Positions 45,001 through 53,924 of a stretch of DNA of 64,000 nt are shown here, one piece after another (the stretch's first letter is position 1; every line of letters starts with the position of its first letter). Below the pieces are notes generated by a model that saw nothing but the letters and a program-made list of their open reading frames with translations, did no database searches and was not told the DNA's origin. Source of the stretch: a virus; IMG/VR virus record IMGVR_UViG_3300048564_000035, positions 1 to 64,000 of that record, one strand, 5' to 3'. The translations under genes were made by a program, and so were the position numbers.

Positions 45001-45848
45001 ACTTCTTTATCCCATTTTTTTGCTACGAAAGCATTGTTACTGTTTGAATATCTTACAATCAACTGTACTATTCTTACTGTATCTGGTATTGATTCCAGAC
45101 TATCCATAGTAACAGCAATATAGTTTTCTGTGGCATTAGCTTTATTAAGCCTTGATGCAGGGCTATAAACTCCTAATACGGTTGTTTCGTTATCATACCA
45201 TACATATCTGAAAGCAAACATGAATGAATCGTTCGCTATGAAATTATTCTCAAATGTTACATCGGTTGTCTTTTGAATATTTGGAGCGAGTGGCGGAGGG
45301 TGTTTTATTACGGTTATTTCAGAAAAATTAATAGGAAAAGTATAAGGAACGACATCAGTAACGTATGCCGATTGATTAGCTTTAATAGCGGCATCAATAT
45401 TTATTTTTCTTGGTGAGTTATTCGTTCCATCAGGCCAATATAACATTCCGTCAACGATAGCCGCACTATGAATGATTGAGTTTTTACTAAAGTTTAACCC
45501 ACCTGTTACCTGCGAAGAAAGCAAAACAACATATTCTGTTTGTGCGTCTTCATCCCAACAAACTATCCGGTGATTGTTTCCCGTCTTATCAAACTTAAAT
45601 TCTACAAATCTATTTCTTGCGACTTCATCAACGCTGCCAATTCCCAAAAAGGTAACTGATGGCTGTGGCGTAGATAATAATCGTGTGCTTCCAATACTTT
45701 CTACTGTACCCGTAACGCCTTTATCTGTACTACCAATACGAACATTTTCTGAATTTACCCATTCATTAATCCTTATAAATGCAGCGGCATCGTCAGAATT
45801 TAATCTTCCGTCTGGTGAAGCAAAATATTTTCTCTCCTTATCCTGCAT
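42072..45848 (-). CDS. large virion protein (1258 aa), tail/nozzle or baseplate-like, with an internal duplication of about 100 aa
   Basis: ORF track. Residues around 399-500 and around 978-1080 share Y.Y...(V/F).(Y/F)LTE..PNGYY followed by a Pro/Ser-rich segment and (I/V)TITG(V)...(I/L).(A/I)Y. Confidence 0.65.
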   Translation of the reverse strand: MQDKERKYFASPDGRLNSDDAAAFIRINEWVNSENVRIGSTDKGVTGTVESIGSTRLLSTPQPSVTFLGIGSVDEVARNRFVEFKFDKTGNNHRIVCWDEDAQTEYVVLLSSQVTGGLNFSKNSIIHSAAIVDGMLYWPDGTNNSPRKINIDAAIKANQSAYVTDVVPYTFPINFSEITVIKHPPPLAPNIQKTTDVTFENNFIANDSFMFAFRYVWYDNETTVLGVYSPASRLNKANATENYIAVTMDSLESIPDTVRIVQLIVRYSNSNNAFVAKKWDKEVTTEAQEIADQNSGTQVLTFNYYNTITGQFIPNGLNFDGSPNGLPNLVLKPFDSVPIYARAMAAFRNRIGFGNNTEGYDTPGTTSLSFSLTEINLAIASFQKNLIQLYHRNGRSGDINYAYSAWYVYLTEVVPNGYYELTSTAQTTSPSSSPYPTLPPAPGTFAFGGLTFRGSSLSQVAKATAPVGTTRWDGPITITTSSLVSITGVSIQAYDIFKTQSQYQGGVVFYDFAMRKCGVVTNDGCIFEIPPRDFYFTSGVSGAVWTLSNTNALNEIPDWAYYYAVVRTLNLRTRYFIDSFTNAARYATKDTDGNWIFTSTTFVTGVLGIGLNTNALVQSGLGYQFQEGDVCILIRDDDTIYQLPVIGQNGNYIIVKAADAGDLTTRSFAFEIYSPYRTSDQESYYEIGQLYRIANPGTELRSYEILSDIFPPDAYVLTRTFASTTYFAEAMSPNDLYFQRWDTDAGKINLITRLGQVVKKNSISFSNNYIPNTAINGLSTFDAGDEKPIPNECGAILKMILTSKVQDEIGVVMLVGCQQETVSVYVGETQLLGSAGNASLVTTEQVLGTVNVLKGNYGTVNPEAWVEFRGIVIFPDANNGKWIQYASNGLFPISNYKMTRFWQEWFKQFLSMTSEEIEALGGRPFIFTTVDPYHMELLISIPKLLNIPPKGYLPDYTENVYVKDAYEIRQGYFSSDEAPASYYYGIFVFLTETQPNGYYLIPATQSYGVSPPVSVIPPSSVNQSDLVFVGSTLEDVLNNTMPEGASRFEESLVDSGYDVTITGVRNLTIYPFDILDFQGKTIVYQLDKGNGMPKWMGSYAFNPEGFITLQNKLFMFKDGHIWIGNQTTSYNNFFDIQYKSKIMFVSNQNPAIPKVYNNIALKVNMKPTLTYLYTDAPVQQCSDLVDFDYRPLEGNLYAVFYRNKITPTATGYSVSGLLINEKMRSASMFIMLEFTVSITPLELEFVSVGFENSLGQTI

Positions 45849-45849
45849 A

Positions 45850-46125
45850 TTATGGCGGCGTTACTCCTTCGTTTATTGAAATTCGATCTTCTTTTATTAT
45901 CCAACATTGAAGAACAGATATTTTAAATGATGATATTGCTTCTTCAGGGTTAAACAAAACAAATTGACCAACTACTACATTGTCGGATAACTGACATACG
46001 GATACAACTTCTCCAAATAAAAAACCAGATGGAGTATCGGTAATGCCTAACCGACTGTCAGCTTGTTTAACAAGCACCTGACCATTTGATAAAATCAATT
46101 CTGTTGTTTCAAGTGGTGCTGCCAT
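45850..46125 (-). CDS. hypothetical protein (91 aa), weak GroES-fold-like pattern
   Basis: The pattern is QVLVKQ...GEVVSV...VVVGQFVLF...IIKEDRI. Confidence 0.5.
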   Translation of the reverse strand: MAAPLETTELILSNGQVLVKQADSRLGITDTPSGFLFGEVVSVCQLSDNVVVGQFVLFNPEEAISSFKISVLQCWIIKEDRISINEGVTPP

Positions 46126-46400
46126 TATTCAATAGAAAAGTAGTAATCAATAGCTGCACTTGTTATAATGAGTATTGAAAACCCTGATTTTAATTTTATT
46201 TCAACATCCGTTTTATACGCCTGATTAGCAGTTAATGCCTGCCTGTCAATATATACCTGATCGCCGTTTTCTACTATTGCCACCACTACCGTTGCTCCTG
46301 CACCGCTTTTATCAACTAATGTAAATGACTTAATTGTAGCAGCGATGTTATATGCTGTACTGGTTATAGAGCCGCTGGTATGTCCTTTTAAAACGGGCAT
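46125..46400 (-). CDS. hypothetical virion-module protein (91 aa)
   Basis: ORF track. Abutting start and stop codons. Confidence 0.5.
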   Translation of the reverse strand: MPVLKGHTSGSITSTAYNIAATIKSFTLVDKSGAGATVVVAIVENGDQVYIDRQALTANQAYKTDVEIKLKSGFSILIITSAAIDYYFSIE

Positions 46401-47161
46401 CAGGTCTTCATTGCTGCTGTATAGTTGCTACGGTAAATATTAATAATATCGGTTTGTGTCATATCATTCTTATTTGCCCTTAGCAATCTTTTTTCATTAT
46501 AATACGTCCTTCCTTCTCTTGAATCCTTATCATTTGCGCCTTCGCTTCTTTGCCATTCGCTATAAGTTTGTATTGCCCTGAAAGCATCCCAATCTACCTG
46601 AGTAGCGTTATCAATATGCTGTCCATTTGAAACATATAATAGGACTACATTCTCGCTGCTGAACGTTCCTGTAAATTGTATCTGCCTTCTGTTCTTTATT
46701 ATTTTATATCCGTTAGTATATGCGCCGCCATTTGCCCCGAAATATCTCCCCGTAGCTTCCCCGTACTCATTGACATTCCAATACCAGAAGAAACTTGTGT
46801 TAATACCAAAGAACATAAACTCTCCCGTATCTATATTCTGCTGATTTACGCTTGACTGAAAGGCTCCCGTTGTTGTATTGTGTAATCTTAATGGGCTAAT
46901 AGAATCTTTTTTTGCAATAGGCTGTAATAATTCCCCGACTGGAATCCCAACCATTACGTCATCCTTAAAATCTCCCGGTAAATCTGCCGCCCCATAGCTG
47001 TTTATTACAAGATTAGCAGCATTAACGATCTGTAAGGTGTCTTTTGCCAATTCTCTTATAGCTGATGACTCATGGTACATGATTTCTGTGTACCAGTGTA
47101 TGGGAAGTCCTTTCTCCAAAAGAGTCCGGCGAATAATCATGTCTAGGGTGCAAAAGGTCAT
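46400..47161 (-). CDS. hypothetical virion-module protein (253 aa)
   Basis: ORF track. Confidence 0.6.
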   Translation of the reverse strand: MTFCTLDMIIRRTLLEKGLPIHWYTEIMYHESSAIRELAKDTLQIVNAANLVINSYGAADLPGDFKDDVMVGIPVGELLQPIAKKDSISPLRLHNTTTGAFQSSVNQQNIDTGEFMFFGINTSFFWYWNVNEYGEATGRYFGANGGAYTNGYKIIKNRRQIQFTGTFSSENVVLLYVSNGQHIDNATQVDWDAFRAIQTYSEWQRSEGANDKDSREGRTYYNEKRLLRANKNDMTQTDIINIYRSNYTAAMKT

Positions 47162-47838
47162 TACGGTTGCTGTTGTTGGTTAGTTGGAATATTTTTTTGC
47201 TCCTTTACAGTTGCATCAACTAATTTATCAGGTATCGGCTGAGTCGAATACATCTTATACACTTCTGTTATAACGTCCCATTCCATTTCGGGGACAACCG
47301 GCAATGTATCATAGTCGCTATATTGGTTAATATCCATTATAGCCAACCTCAGGCTTAGTGTTTCCCCCGGATACAATAGTGGTAAATCTTTAGTGAAAGA
47401 AATATCCAATGCCCCCATTGCTTCATATCCAATTTGCCCTAACAAATCATTAATCATCGGTTGCGACCTAAGCAAATTGGACTGCCCCATTTGTAAAGGG
47501 ATAAATTCATCTTGCGGAGCATTGGTTCTGTAAATAGACCATATGCCCATATTGCGGGGAAGTTTTAAGGGCTTAATTGGAAGGGTACACTTACTTCGCC
47601 CAGTTACCCATGAAACAGGAGTTATGTTTTCGTATAATCCCAATACAGAACCATTAGGTATTTTTTCTCCCATTTGCTCATTAACCTGAAAATGCTCTAC
47701 TTTTAGCATCTTGTTTATCACCTGAGCGCAAGCAATTTTTAGTTCGTTGAAACTTATACTTGATGCGACTGCCGGACTTCCCCCTTCAATAAGATTGAAC
47801 GCCTGCTCTGCTAATCGGTATATAGTTACAACGGCCAT
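47161..47838 (-). CDS. hypothetical virion-module protein (225 aa)
   Basis: ORF track. Confidence 0.6.
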   Translation of the reverse strand: MAVVTIYRLAEQAFNLIEGGSPAVASSISFNELKIACAQVINKMLKVEHFQVNEQMGEKIPNGSVLGLYENITPVSWVTGRSKCTLPIKPLKLPRNMGIWSIYRTNAPQDEFIPLQMGQSNLLRSQPMINDLLGQIGYEAMGALDISFTKDLPLLYPGETLSLRLAIMDINQYSDYDTLPVVPEMEWDVITEVYKMYSTQPIPDKLVDATVKEQKNIPTNQQQQP

Positions 47839-48512
47839 TATACTCTGTTTATGTTTTGAAAGTTGGACTGAGTTTTCATTTCTGCATAATTTGAAATTTC
47901 CTGTGAAGTGAGATTAATTCCTATACTCGATAATGCCTTTAACAGGACTGCATTATACCATTCTTCTGTCCATTCTAAGTTTGTAGAATTGGCTTCATCA
48001 AAAACAATAACTCTTTCTGAGATGGTTGTATAGGCAAATACCGGCTTTACCGGCCTTCTTAAAAATCTTACTGTTCCATTATAAGCATTTGCAGGATATA
48101 GCCTGAAACTTCCGGGTGCTGTTTGTTCCCCAACCGGGCTTGTAATTGTTACCGGGTCAATTTGAGAATTAAGCCTGTCCGATAATTCATCCTCATTTGT
48201 CATGGGTACGGAATAATATCTTGTTACATCGCTGATGTTAAAGTAAATCCGAAGGTCTAAAAGGTTAAGATAATTTTGATTTGCAGGAACGATGACAAAT
48301 CCAGAAACCAGAGTGGTAAAGTTGTAAAAATCTCTGAATGGAGCCAGAGCATCTTTTATGTGTTGGGAAGTGGCGTATTTGGGCTGAATATCTGAATATA
48401 AAGACATTTGCCCACGATCCACAACAGCTTCTAATTCAGAAATTGTGTACCACGCACCCGTGCTTTTATTTATCCAAAAATTAAGGAAGTCAAAGCCTTC
48501 TTGAAGGGTCAC
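47838..48512 (-). CDS. hypothetical virion-module protein (224 aa), GTG start
   Basis: ORF track. The first codon is GTG. Confidence 0.55.
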   Translation of the reverse strand: MTLQEGFDFLNFWINKSTGAWYTISELEAVVDRGQMSLYSDIQPKYATSQHIKDALAPFRDFYNFTTLVSGFVIVPANQNYLNLLDLRIYFNISDVTRYYSVPMTNEDELSDRLNSQIDPVTITSPVGEQTAPGSFRLYPANAYNGTVRFLRRPVKPVFAYTTISERVIVFDEANSTNLEWTEEWYNAVLLKALSSIGINLTSQEISNYAEMKTQSNFQNINRV

Positions 48513-48588
48513 TATTTATCTGTTTGCTCAAAATTATTACAAAATAATCAATTAACAGACAAATTTTTATGCAATATATCCAGTCCCA

Positions 48589-49254
48589 TCAGTTCAGGAT
48601 GGCAAGTTCTTCGTAGGATGCTACCCGTTTCCCCAACACATGAGACTGTTTTATGATCCCGAATGGCTTATCATTAATCTGATAAATCCTCAAGATATTG
48701 GGGTTGAAATAAACAATATCCCCCCTTTCGCAGTCTATTCGTTTTTGGTGGATTAGAGGCTTGCCGACATGGGCAATCGTAGCGTAGGCTGTATTTATTT
48801 TCTTTTTTGTGGATTGCGGAAGGTATATTACTGGCGGCTTTTCTAGATTTTCAAGCATTACATACCCGTTCTGCATCCTTATTTTTTCATCCCGGACAAC
48901 TGCGTATAGACGGATAATGTCGCACAACCAATATTCGGCATCTTTATACCAAAATGAGTTTTTAAATATTGGGTCTTCCTCAGGGGCTGTACTTTTGAAT
49001 GAAAAAACGACTTCATGCGAGAATATGGCCGTATCTCCCGGGTTAATATCGGCTGCCGAATATCCCATGTAATCCCGCTTCCATGTGCTTATTTCAAGGG
49101 GAACAGAAACAACCTCTCCCGTTATGGCAACAAGATCGGCAGGCTCAATAGAGGTGTTATTTTGGATGGCAGCGATCCGCATTATCTTTGAAAAGTTGCC
49201 GATGTACTTATGCTTAATCTTTACTATTACTTGGTTCAGGGGGCTTTGAAACAT
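48589..49254 (-). CDS. hypothetical protein (221 aa), possibly two tandem GroES-like beta-barrel units
   Basis: The first unit is NQVIVKI...GEVVSVP...INPGDTAIF. The second is GYVMLEN...ATIAHVG...ERGDIVYF...IIKQSHVLG. Confidence 0.5.
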   Translation of the reverse strand: MFQSPLNQVIVKIKHKYIGNFSKIMRIAAIQNNTSIEPADLVAITGEVVSVPLEISTWKRDYMGYSAADINPGDTAIFSHEVVFSFKSTAPEEDPIFKNSFWYKDAEYWLCDIIRLYAVVRDEKIRMQNGYVMLENLEKPPVIYLPQSTKKKINTAYATIAHVGKPLIHQKRIDCERGDIVYFNPNILRIYQINDKPFGIIKQSHVLGKRVASYEELAILN

Positions 49255-49567
49255 TGCTTTCTATTTTAAATTTCTTGTACTTTTTTTTATCGGATACTAT
49301 TCGTTCGGCCCAAAACCATGCAGCCATATTGTCTGCAATCACGGCCATATCTTTATCTACATTGTTGTATGCGGGGATGAAGTTTCCTCGTAGTGTGCTT
49401 TGAATAACCACCCAAAGATAATATCCGGAAACGGGCGATTGGGCAATGGCTCCCGCAACCGGGTGACTTGAAATACACCCTACATAGTGAGGATGTTCTC
49501 TTTGAAGGACGTAGTATTGAAGTTCCCCATTTTTATCTTTGTCACGAAAAGTTATGAATGGACTCAT
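49214..49567 (-). CDS. hypothetical protein (117 aa)
   Basis: ORF track. Confidence 0.5.
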   Translation of the reverse strand: MSPFITFRDKDKNGELQYYVLQREHPHYVGCISSHPVAGAIAQSPVSGYYLWVVIQSTLRGNFIPAYNNVDKDMAVIADNMAAWFWAERIVSDKKKYKKFKIESNVSKPPEPSNSKD

Positions 49568-50118
49568 TGATAAATATCTTCTGGCATTAAAACTACATTG
49601 TAATTGACCTCCGCTCGGTTATTTGCTGAGAAACCGGGACGTTGTAAAGCGGCAAATGGATAACAAACAAACATCAAATCGCTTTTCTGTGCAGAATCAA
49701 TATGGTCTGTATCTTTCGTGGCTAAAAATGTATCGTAGTATCTTTCATGAATCATGTAAAGATGAAAACCTACAATACAGTCAACTTTCAATGCTCCCTG
49801 TTTTTCCGGCCTTTTAAAACTCATGTAAGAACCGGCTGCATAAATATCATAAACTTCCGGCTTATTTTCTAAAAACCATTTCCAGCCATTTTCACTTGGA
49901 AATTGAAGGTCGTCCTCCCCGATCAAACATTCTTTCAATCCTTTTTCTTTTGCATCTCTCACAATCATTTTATGTGAGGCGTTTATGGAACGAACGACTT
50001 CCGGGTACATTACGCAGGGCCAAATTTCATAGTCAGTAATGCGCTGCCTCTTTAATTCCGATATTAAGGGATCATATTTTTCTTGTCGCCGAGAATCAGA
50101 AATCAAATTCAATTTCAT
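49564..50118 (-). CDS. glycosyltransferase family 25-like protein
   Basis: ATG at 50118 overlaps the upstream stop in ATGA. MKLNLISDSRR and CLIGEDDLQF resemble the GT25 N-terminal strand and EDD motif. Confidence 0.45.
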   Translation of the reverse strand: MKLNLISDSRRQEKYDPLISELKRQRITDYEIWPCVMYPEVVRSINASHKMIVRDAKEKGLKECLIGEDDLQFPSENGWKWFLENKPEVYDIYAAGSYMSFKRPEKQGALKVDCIVGFHLYMIHERYYDTFLATKDTDHIDSAQKSDLMFVCYPFAALQRPGFSANNRAEVNYNVVLMPEDIYQ

Positions 50119-50690
50119 TTTGGTATCTGCCAGTACACAGTTTGCCACGGCCTTCCTTCATGATTGATGTGATTTGGCTGGACAAATTTATGTATTTCGT
50201 AGTTTCTCATAAGTTCTTCTGCGGGTGGTGAAATCCAAACATAATCTTGCTGCCAGTTGTCCGCTATCAATAATCCACCCCTTCCTTTAAAGTGATCTAA
50301 TGCCCATTGCAACATTTCATATCTCCAAATACCGTCCACGGAAATTATGTCATATTGCTTGTCGCTTGGTATTAAATAAAAATATTCTTGTTTTCTTTCT
50401 TGAATCCCATCAGGCAATTGACCGGCAAACACTCTCCCATTATGCAATCCATACCCGTTACAATCTTTTTTTACTTGTTCAGCCCATTCCAAATCAGCCT
50501 CTATACTATCAACCCATTTGCATCTTTCTCTTAGCCACGCCGTACCTCGTCCGGCTCCTGTTTCAAGCATTGTCTTATCTTTCCAATCCCATGTTTCAAT
50601 AAGTTCAAGTAACGGATGCGTCCACCAACACATTACCATTTCATTTTTTGGGCTGCGGATTTGCCACTCAACCAAATCAGATGTATTCAT
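50115..50690 (-). CDS. class I SAM-dependent methyltransferase
   Basis: Motif I is MLETGAGRGT, the acidic beta-2 end is VDSIEAD, and the post-I motif is YDIISVDG. Confidence 0.6.
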   Translation of the reverse strand: MNTSDLVEWQIRSPKNEMVMCWWTHPLLELIETWDWKDKTMLETGAGRGTAWLRERCKWVDSIEADLEWAEQVKKDCNGYGLHNGRVFAGQLPDGIQERKQEYFYLIPSDKQYDIISVDGIWRYEMLQWALDHFKGRGGLLIADNWQQDYVWISPPAEELMRNYEIHKFVQPNHINHEGRPWQTVYWQIPK

Positions 50691-51493
50691 AGTAACTTTA
50701 TGTATTGTTCCCTATATGAAATAAGCCAATCAAAGTTTTCATCCGGATAGTGATATTTCAATACGGTCATTATTATTTCAAAGTTCTTTTCTTCGTAGCC
50801 GGGACGAGGTAAATGAAAATCAATTGTATCTGGCGATAATCTGTCAAGTAAATATGCGTCATCACGATCATATCTTTTACTCGAAAATTGCGTTCCGGGT
50901 CTGGCTCTGGGTATTAGGATGGGCATTGTTTGTTTAATAATATTATATGCCTCTTCCTGATCTTTCCCCCAATAATTTCCCCTGAAATGTTCTGCTTCAA
51001 TATGACTTAACAAGGTATCAAGCTTATGTTGATAAGTAGTATTGCATCCAAATGCAGATTTCCACGTTGCTTGTCTTGCCCATATATAACACATTGGGTA
51101 TTGATTTTCGGGAGTTAAGTCATAACCAAATACATAAAAGTATGGGTACTCTTTTGGTATCTCATTAGCAGGATTAACAAACAAACACATATCCACATCA
51201 GAGGTAATAAGTATTTCATCTTCTGGTAAATCTAATGCTGAAGCATAAAGACGAGAACATTGGGAGTATGTAGCTTCTTTGTGTTCAGGACAATTAAATT
51301 TATGAATTGAAATGCCAGCGTTTATTATTTTTAATGTATTGTCAATAAGTGCTGATTTGGCTGACAACAAGGGCTGATTTTCAATTGGTATAAAGCAAAT
51401 CACATCTACATTCAATTTATTCCAGCACCATACAACTATGGGTAAACTGAATAAATAAAGATCATCATACGTGGTAGAGATAACTGATTTCAT
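50687..51493 (-). CDS. putative GT-A-type glycosyltransferase (268 aa)
   Basis: A DxD-like motif, ITSDVDM. It lies inside the glycosyltransferase operon. Confidence 0.35.
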   Translation of the reverse strand: MKSVISTTYDDLYLFSLPIVVWCWNKLNVDVICFIPIENQPLLSAKSALIDNTLKIINAGISIHKFNCPEHKEATYSQCSRLYASALDLPEDEILITSDVDMCLFVNPANEIPKEYPYFYVFGYDLTPENQYPMCYIWARQATWKSAFGCNTTYQHKLDTLLSHIEAEHFRGNYWGKDQEEAYNIIKQTMPILIPRARPGTQFSSKRYDRDDAYLLDRLSPDTIDFHLPRPGYEEKNFEIIMTVLKYHYPDENFDWLISYREQYIKLL

Positions 51494-51494
51494 A

Positions 51495-52175
51495 CTACAT
51501 TCCCTCTATAAAAAATATTAACTCTTGTGGATTGTAATTAGTTCCTTTATATGCTACTGCATCATACATGAGTGTCGGCTTAATATTAAGCAGGTGCGCT
51601 GCTAGTGACAAACAACTTTGATCCTGTCTATGATGAAGGAATCGTGGATCACTGCTTTGTCCATCATGATTTCTGCTTCCTTTGCTTAGCCCTGCTTCCA
51701 TTAACTCTTTCCATTTTTCATAAAGATGTTTCCCGTCTGGATTGTCAAAATTTAATGCTACACATCCGGAAGCATACTCATGTATGTTTTCGGCTTCATC
51801 CCGGCTAATTCCTGTTGCCTCTAATGCAACATCATTTACTGACTGAGCCAAATTGTACCCACTTCTGAAAAGATAAACTCCCTTTTCGGCGATAAGGTCA
51901 AATATAGGAGTTGGATTTTTTACGCTCCAAAAACTTGCGTCACACCACATAATTTGAGTAAACCCATGTCTCAATGCTTCATCAAATGCAGCTATCTTGA
52001 AATAATAAGGAATGTCATTGTGGTTATGGGAATTTGGCGGATACTCATCTTTCCATGTAAGTATTGACCCGCCCCACCCTTCAAATATTAAACTTCTTTC
52101 AAGCCTGCGAACCCCATTTGCATACCATCCATTTATGCCACAAGAAATAATTACTGATTTTTCTAAATTTGCCAT
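51495..52175 (-). CDS. putative nucleotide-sugar-dependent glycosyltransferase (226 aa)
   Basis: MWCDAS and HHRQDQS motifs, which I recall from GT-A-like sugar transferases. Operon context supports the call. Confidence 0.35.
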   Translation of the reverse strand: MANLEKSVIISCGINGWYANGVRRLERSLIFEGWGGSILTWKDEYPPNSHNHNDIPYYFKIAAFDEALRHGFTQIMWCDASFWSVKNPTPIFDLIAEKGVYLFRSGYNLAQSVNDVALEATGISRDEAENIHEYASGCVALNFDNPDGKHLYEKWKELMEAGLSKGSRNHDGQSSDPRFLHHRQDQSCLSLAAHLLNIKPTLMYDAVAYKGTNYNPQELIFFIEGM

Positions 52176-52181
52176 TTGTTG

Positions 52182-52784
52182 TTATTTATTAAGCCCGTAA
52201 CGCTCGGTTGGATTTGAGGAAATGTGTTTGTAGAAATACATAAATTCATCAATGTGGTATTCGTTTTTAAGCAACGGGTGAAGTGCGTTAGCCCATTGTT
52301 CGTCCTCGTTCCATCTTATAGCGGGCACTTCTACTGATTTTGCTATTTCTGTCCTGATAACATCCTTGAAGTAGGGTGTTCTTGCGTATTTAAAACCTTC
52401 CGGCCATGTGGGATTATCGTGCCATCCAGAATATTTTATACTATGATTTGATTTAGATATATCTCCATCAATATCTACGTGTTCATAGTATGTTATGCAA
52501 TCGGGGTTTTCTTCAATGCCCTTTAATACTTTTTCAAAAAAATCAGGCGCTACTCCGTCATCATCGTCTGGCATAAATGAATAAAGTCCAATTGACTCCT
52601 GATATAGTAAGTTTCTTTTTTCCCCTACTGTCATTGATTTATCATCTTTCTTAATCTGAAATTGAACTATGTTTGGGAAAGGCAATGCAACTCGCTGCCT
52701 ATATAATTCGGCCAAAAGAAGTTCAAGATTATGCTCTCTCCCAACAACTGTTGGGATTAATACGCTCAATAAAATATTACTCAT
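52182..52784 (-). CDS. glycosyltransferase family 2
   Basis: The N-terminal strand LSVLIPTVVGREHNL and the acidic motif MPDDDDG. Confidence 0.65.
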   Translation of the reverse strand: MSNILLSVLIPTVVGREHNLELLLAELYRQRVALPFPNIVQFQIKKDDKSMTVGEKRNLLYQESIGLYSFMPDDDDGVAPDFFEKVLKGIEENPDCITYYEHVDIDGDISKSNHSIKYSGWHDNPTWPEGFKYARTPYFKDVIRTEIAKSVEVPAIRWNEDEQWANALHPLLKNEYHIDEFMYFYKHISSNPTERYGLNK

Positions 52785-52786
52785 GT

Positions 52787-52963
52787 CTATATTTTTTCTC
52801 CGTTACAAAATGTTGCTTCTAAAATTTCACCGTCATCCAAATCAGAACTATCTCTCACAAACCAAACGCTTAGGCATTTAATTACGTATCGGTATGCATT
52901 ATGCTTTCTGGAACTATTTTCGGCATATTTATATGCTCCGCCTAATGTCTCAAACTTTTTCAT
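52787..52963 (-). CDS. 58-aa hypothetical protein filling the gap in the glycosyltransferase operon
   Basis: Below the ORF-track cut-off. The ATG at 52963 overlaps the upstream stop in ATGA. The stop TAG lies 2 nt before the GT2 ATG. Confidence 0.45.
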   Translation of the reverse strand: MKKFETLGGAYKYAENSSRKHNAYRYVIKCLSVWFVRDSSDLDDGEILEATFCNGEKI

Positions 52964-53640
52964 GGTAAATCAAAGTTTATTGCTTGTCTTGCGTGGAAGT
53001 TAGCTTCATCTTCCGGCCAATGTCCTTGTTGAATGTTAAACATTTCGTCTCTGACTAAATGACCATAAGCCGGGTTTAGGTGTACATTTATTTGATAACC
53101 GCAATATTTGTACTTACCCATTTTTTGGGATGCTATCATTTCTTCATTATCACACCAAAGGCTTTTATATGATGGGTGGTATATGTTTTTCCCCCTTAAT
53201 TCCCACCACTTTCTTCCCGCAATATACATCGTGGCTAAGGCTTCTTTCGCATCCTGATCCGGATAGTGTAAAAGGCCGTCAAAGTTCGGAAAATGACTAA
53301 TCATATCGTTGCCCACGTTTACGTCAAATCCATATAGTGTAAAAATCATGTCGTCACTATGGCAAAAAAGTATATCCCAATCTATGTCAGGCATTGATCT
53401 ATTAATCGCATGAATTTTTGATTCAGACAACCCCCACCCAATTGAAATATTTGAGTACTTATTTATCCGATCAATTACTTCTGGATTGTTCATTGTAGGA
53501 TCATCGTTGTCCAGCGTACAGGATATGTGATAGTGATCTCTATCTGAAATGTTATCAACTAGGCTATCAAGGCTTTTAAAAAACCTTTCGGGCCTTCCCC
53601 TTGATGGGAATTTGAAAAGTTTAAACGGCGGGTTGTTCAT
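52960..53640 (-). CDS. putative glycosyltransferase (226 aa)
   Basis: FKFPSRGRPERF is an N-terminal strand-loop motif and CHSDDM is an acidic motif. It is the first gene of the cluster. Confidence 0.4.
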   Translation of the reverse strand: MNNPPFKLFKFPSRGRPERFFKSLDSLVDNISDRDHYHISCTLDNDDPTMNNPEVIDRINKYSNISIGWGLSESKIHAINRSMPDIDWDILFCHSDDMIFTLYGFDVNVGNDMISHFPNFDGLLHYPDQDAKEALATMYIAGRKWWELRGKNIYHPSYKSLWCDNEEMIASQKMGKYKYCGYQINVHLNPAYGHLVRDEMFNIQQGHWPEDEANFHARQAINFDLP

Positions 53641-53645
53641 ATATT

Positions 53646-53924
53646 TTAATCTTCTTTAACGATTGCCCAAATCTCACCAAGTTCTTCCCTGAGCCATAAA
53701 TGCCATTTGCCATTATAAAGCTGCCCTAATCCTGCATTAGATGGATAAGAGATAATGTCTCCCCTTTTGTACTTTTTTTCTAACTCAGGGGAAACCTCTA
53801 TGACTTCTGCATCAGATAAATTTGCCACCGCTACACTAGCAGGTATCACTATGCTTTCAACTTGTTCTTCCTTTGCTTCAATTGGGAGTACTAATATTTT
53901 TCTTCCTTCTGGAATTATTCTCAT
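53646..53924 (-). CDS. GroES/Cpn10-like co-chaperonin
   Basis: It aligns by eye with GroES. IIPEGRKILVLPIE matches IRPLHDRVIVKRKE. YKRGDIISY matches VKVGDIVIF. GEIWAIVKE matches SDILAIVE. Confidence 0.6.
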   Translation of the reverse strand: MRIIPEGRKILVLPIEAKEEQVESIVIPASVAVANLSDAEVIEVSPELEKKYKRGDIISYPSNAGLGQLYNGKWHLWLREELGEIWAIVKED

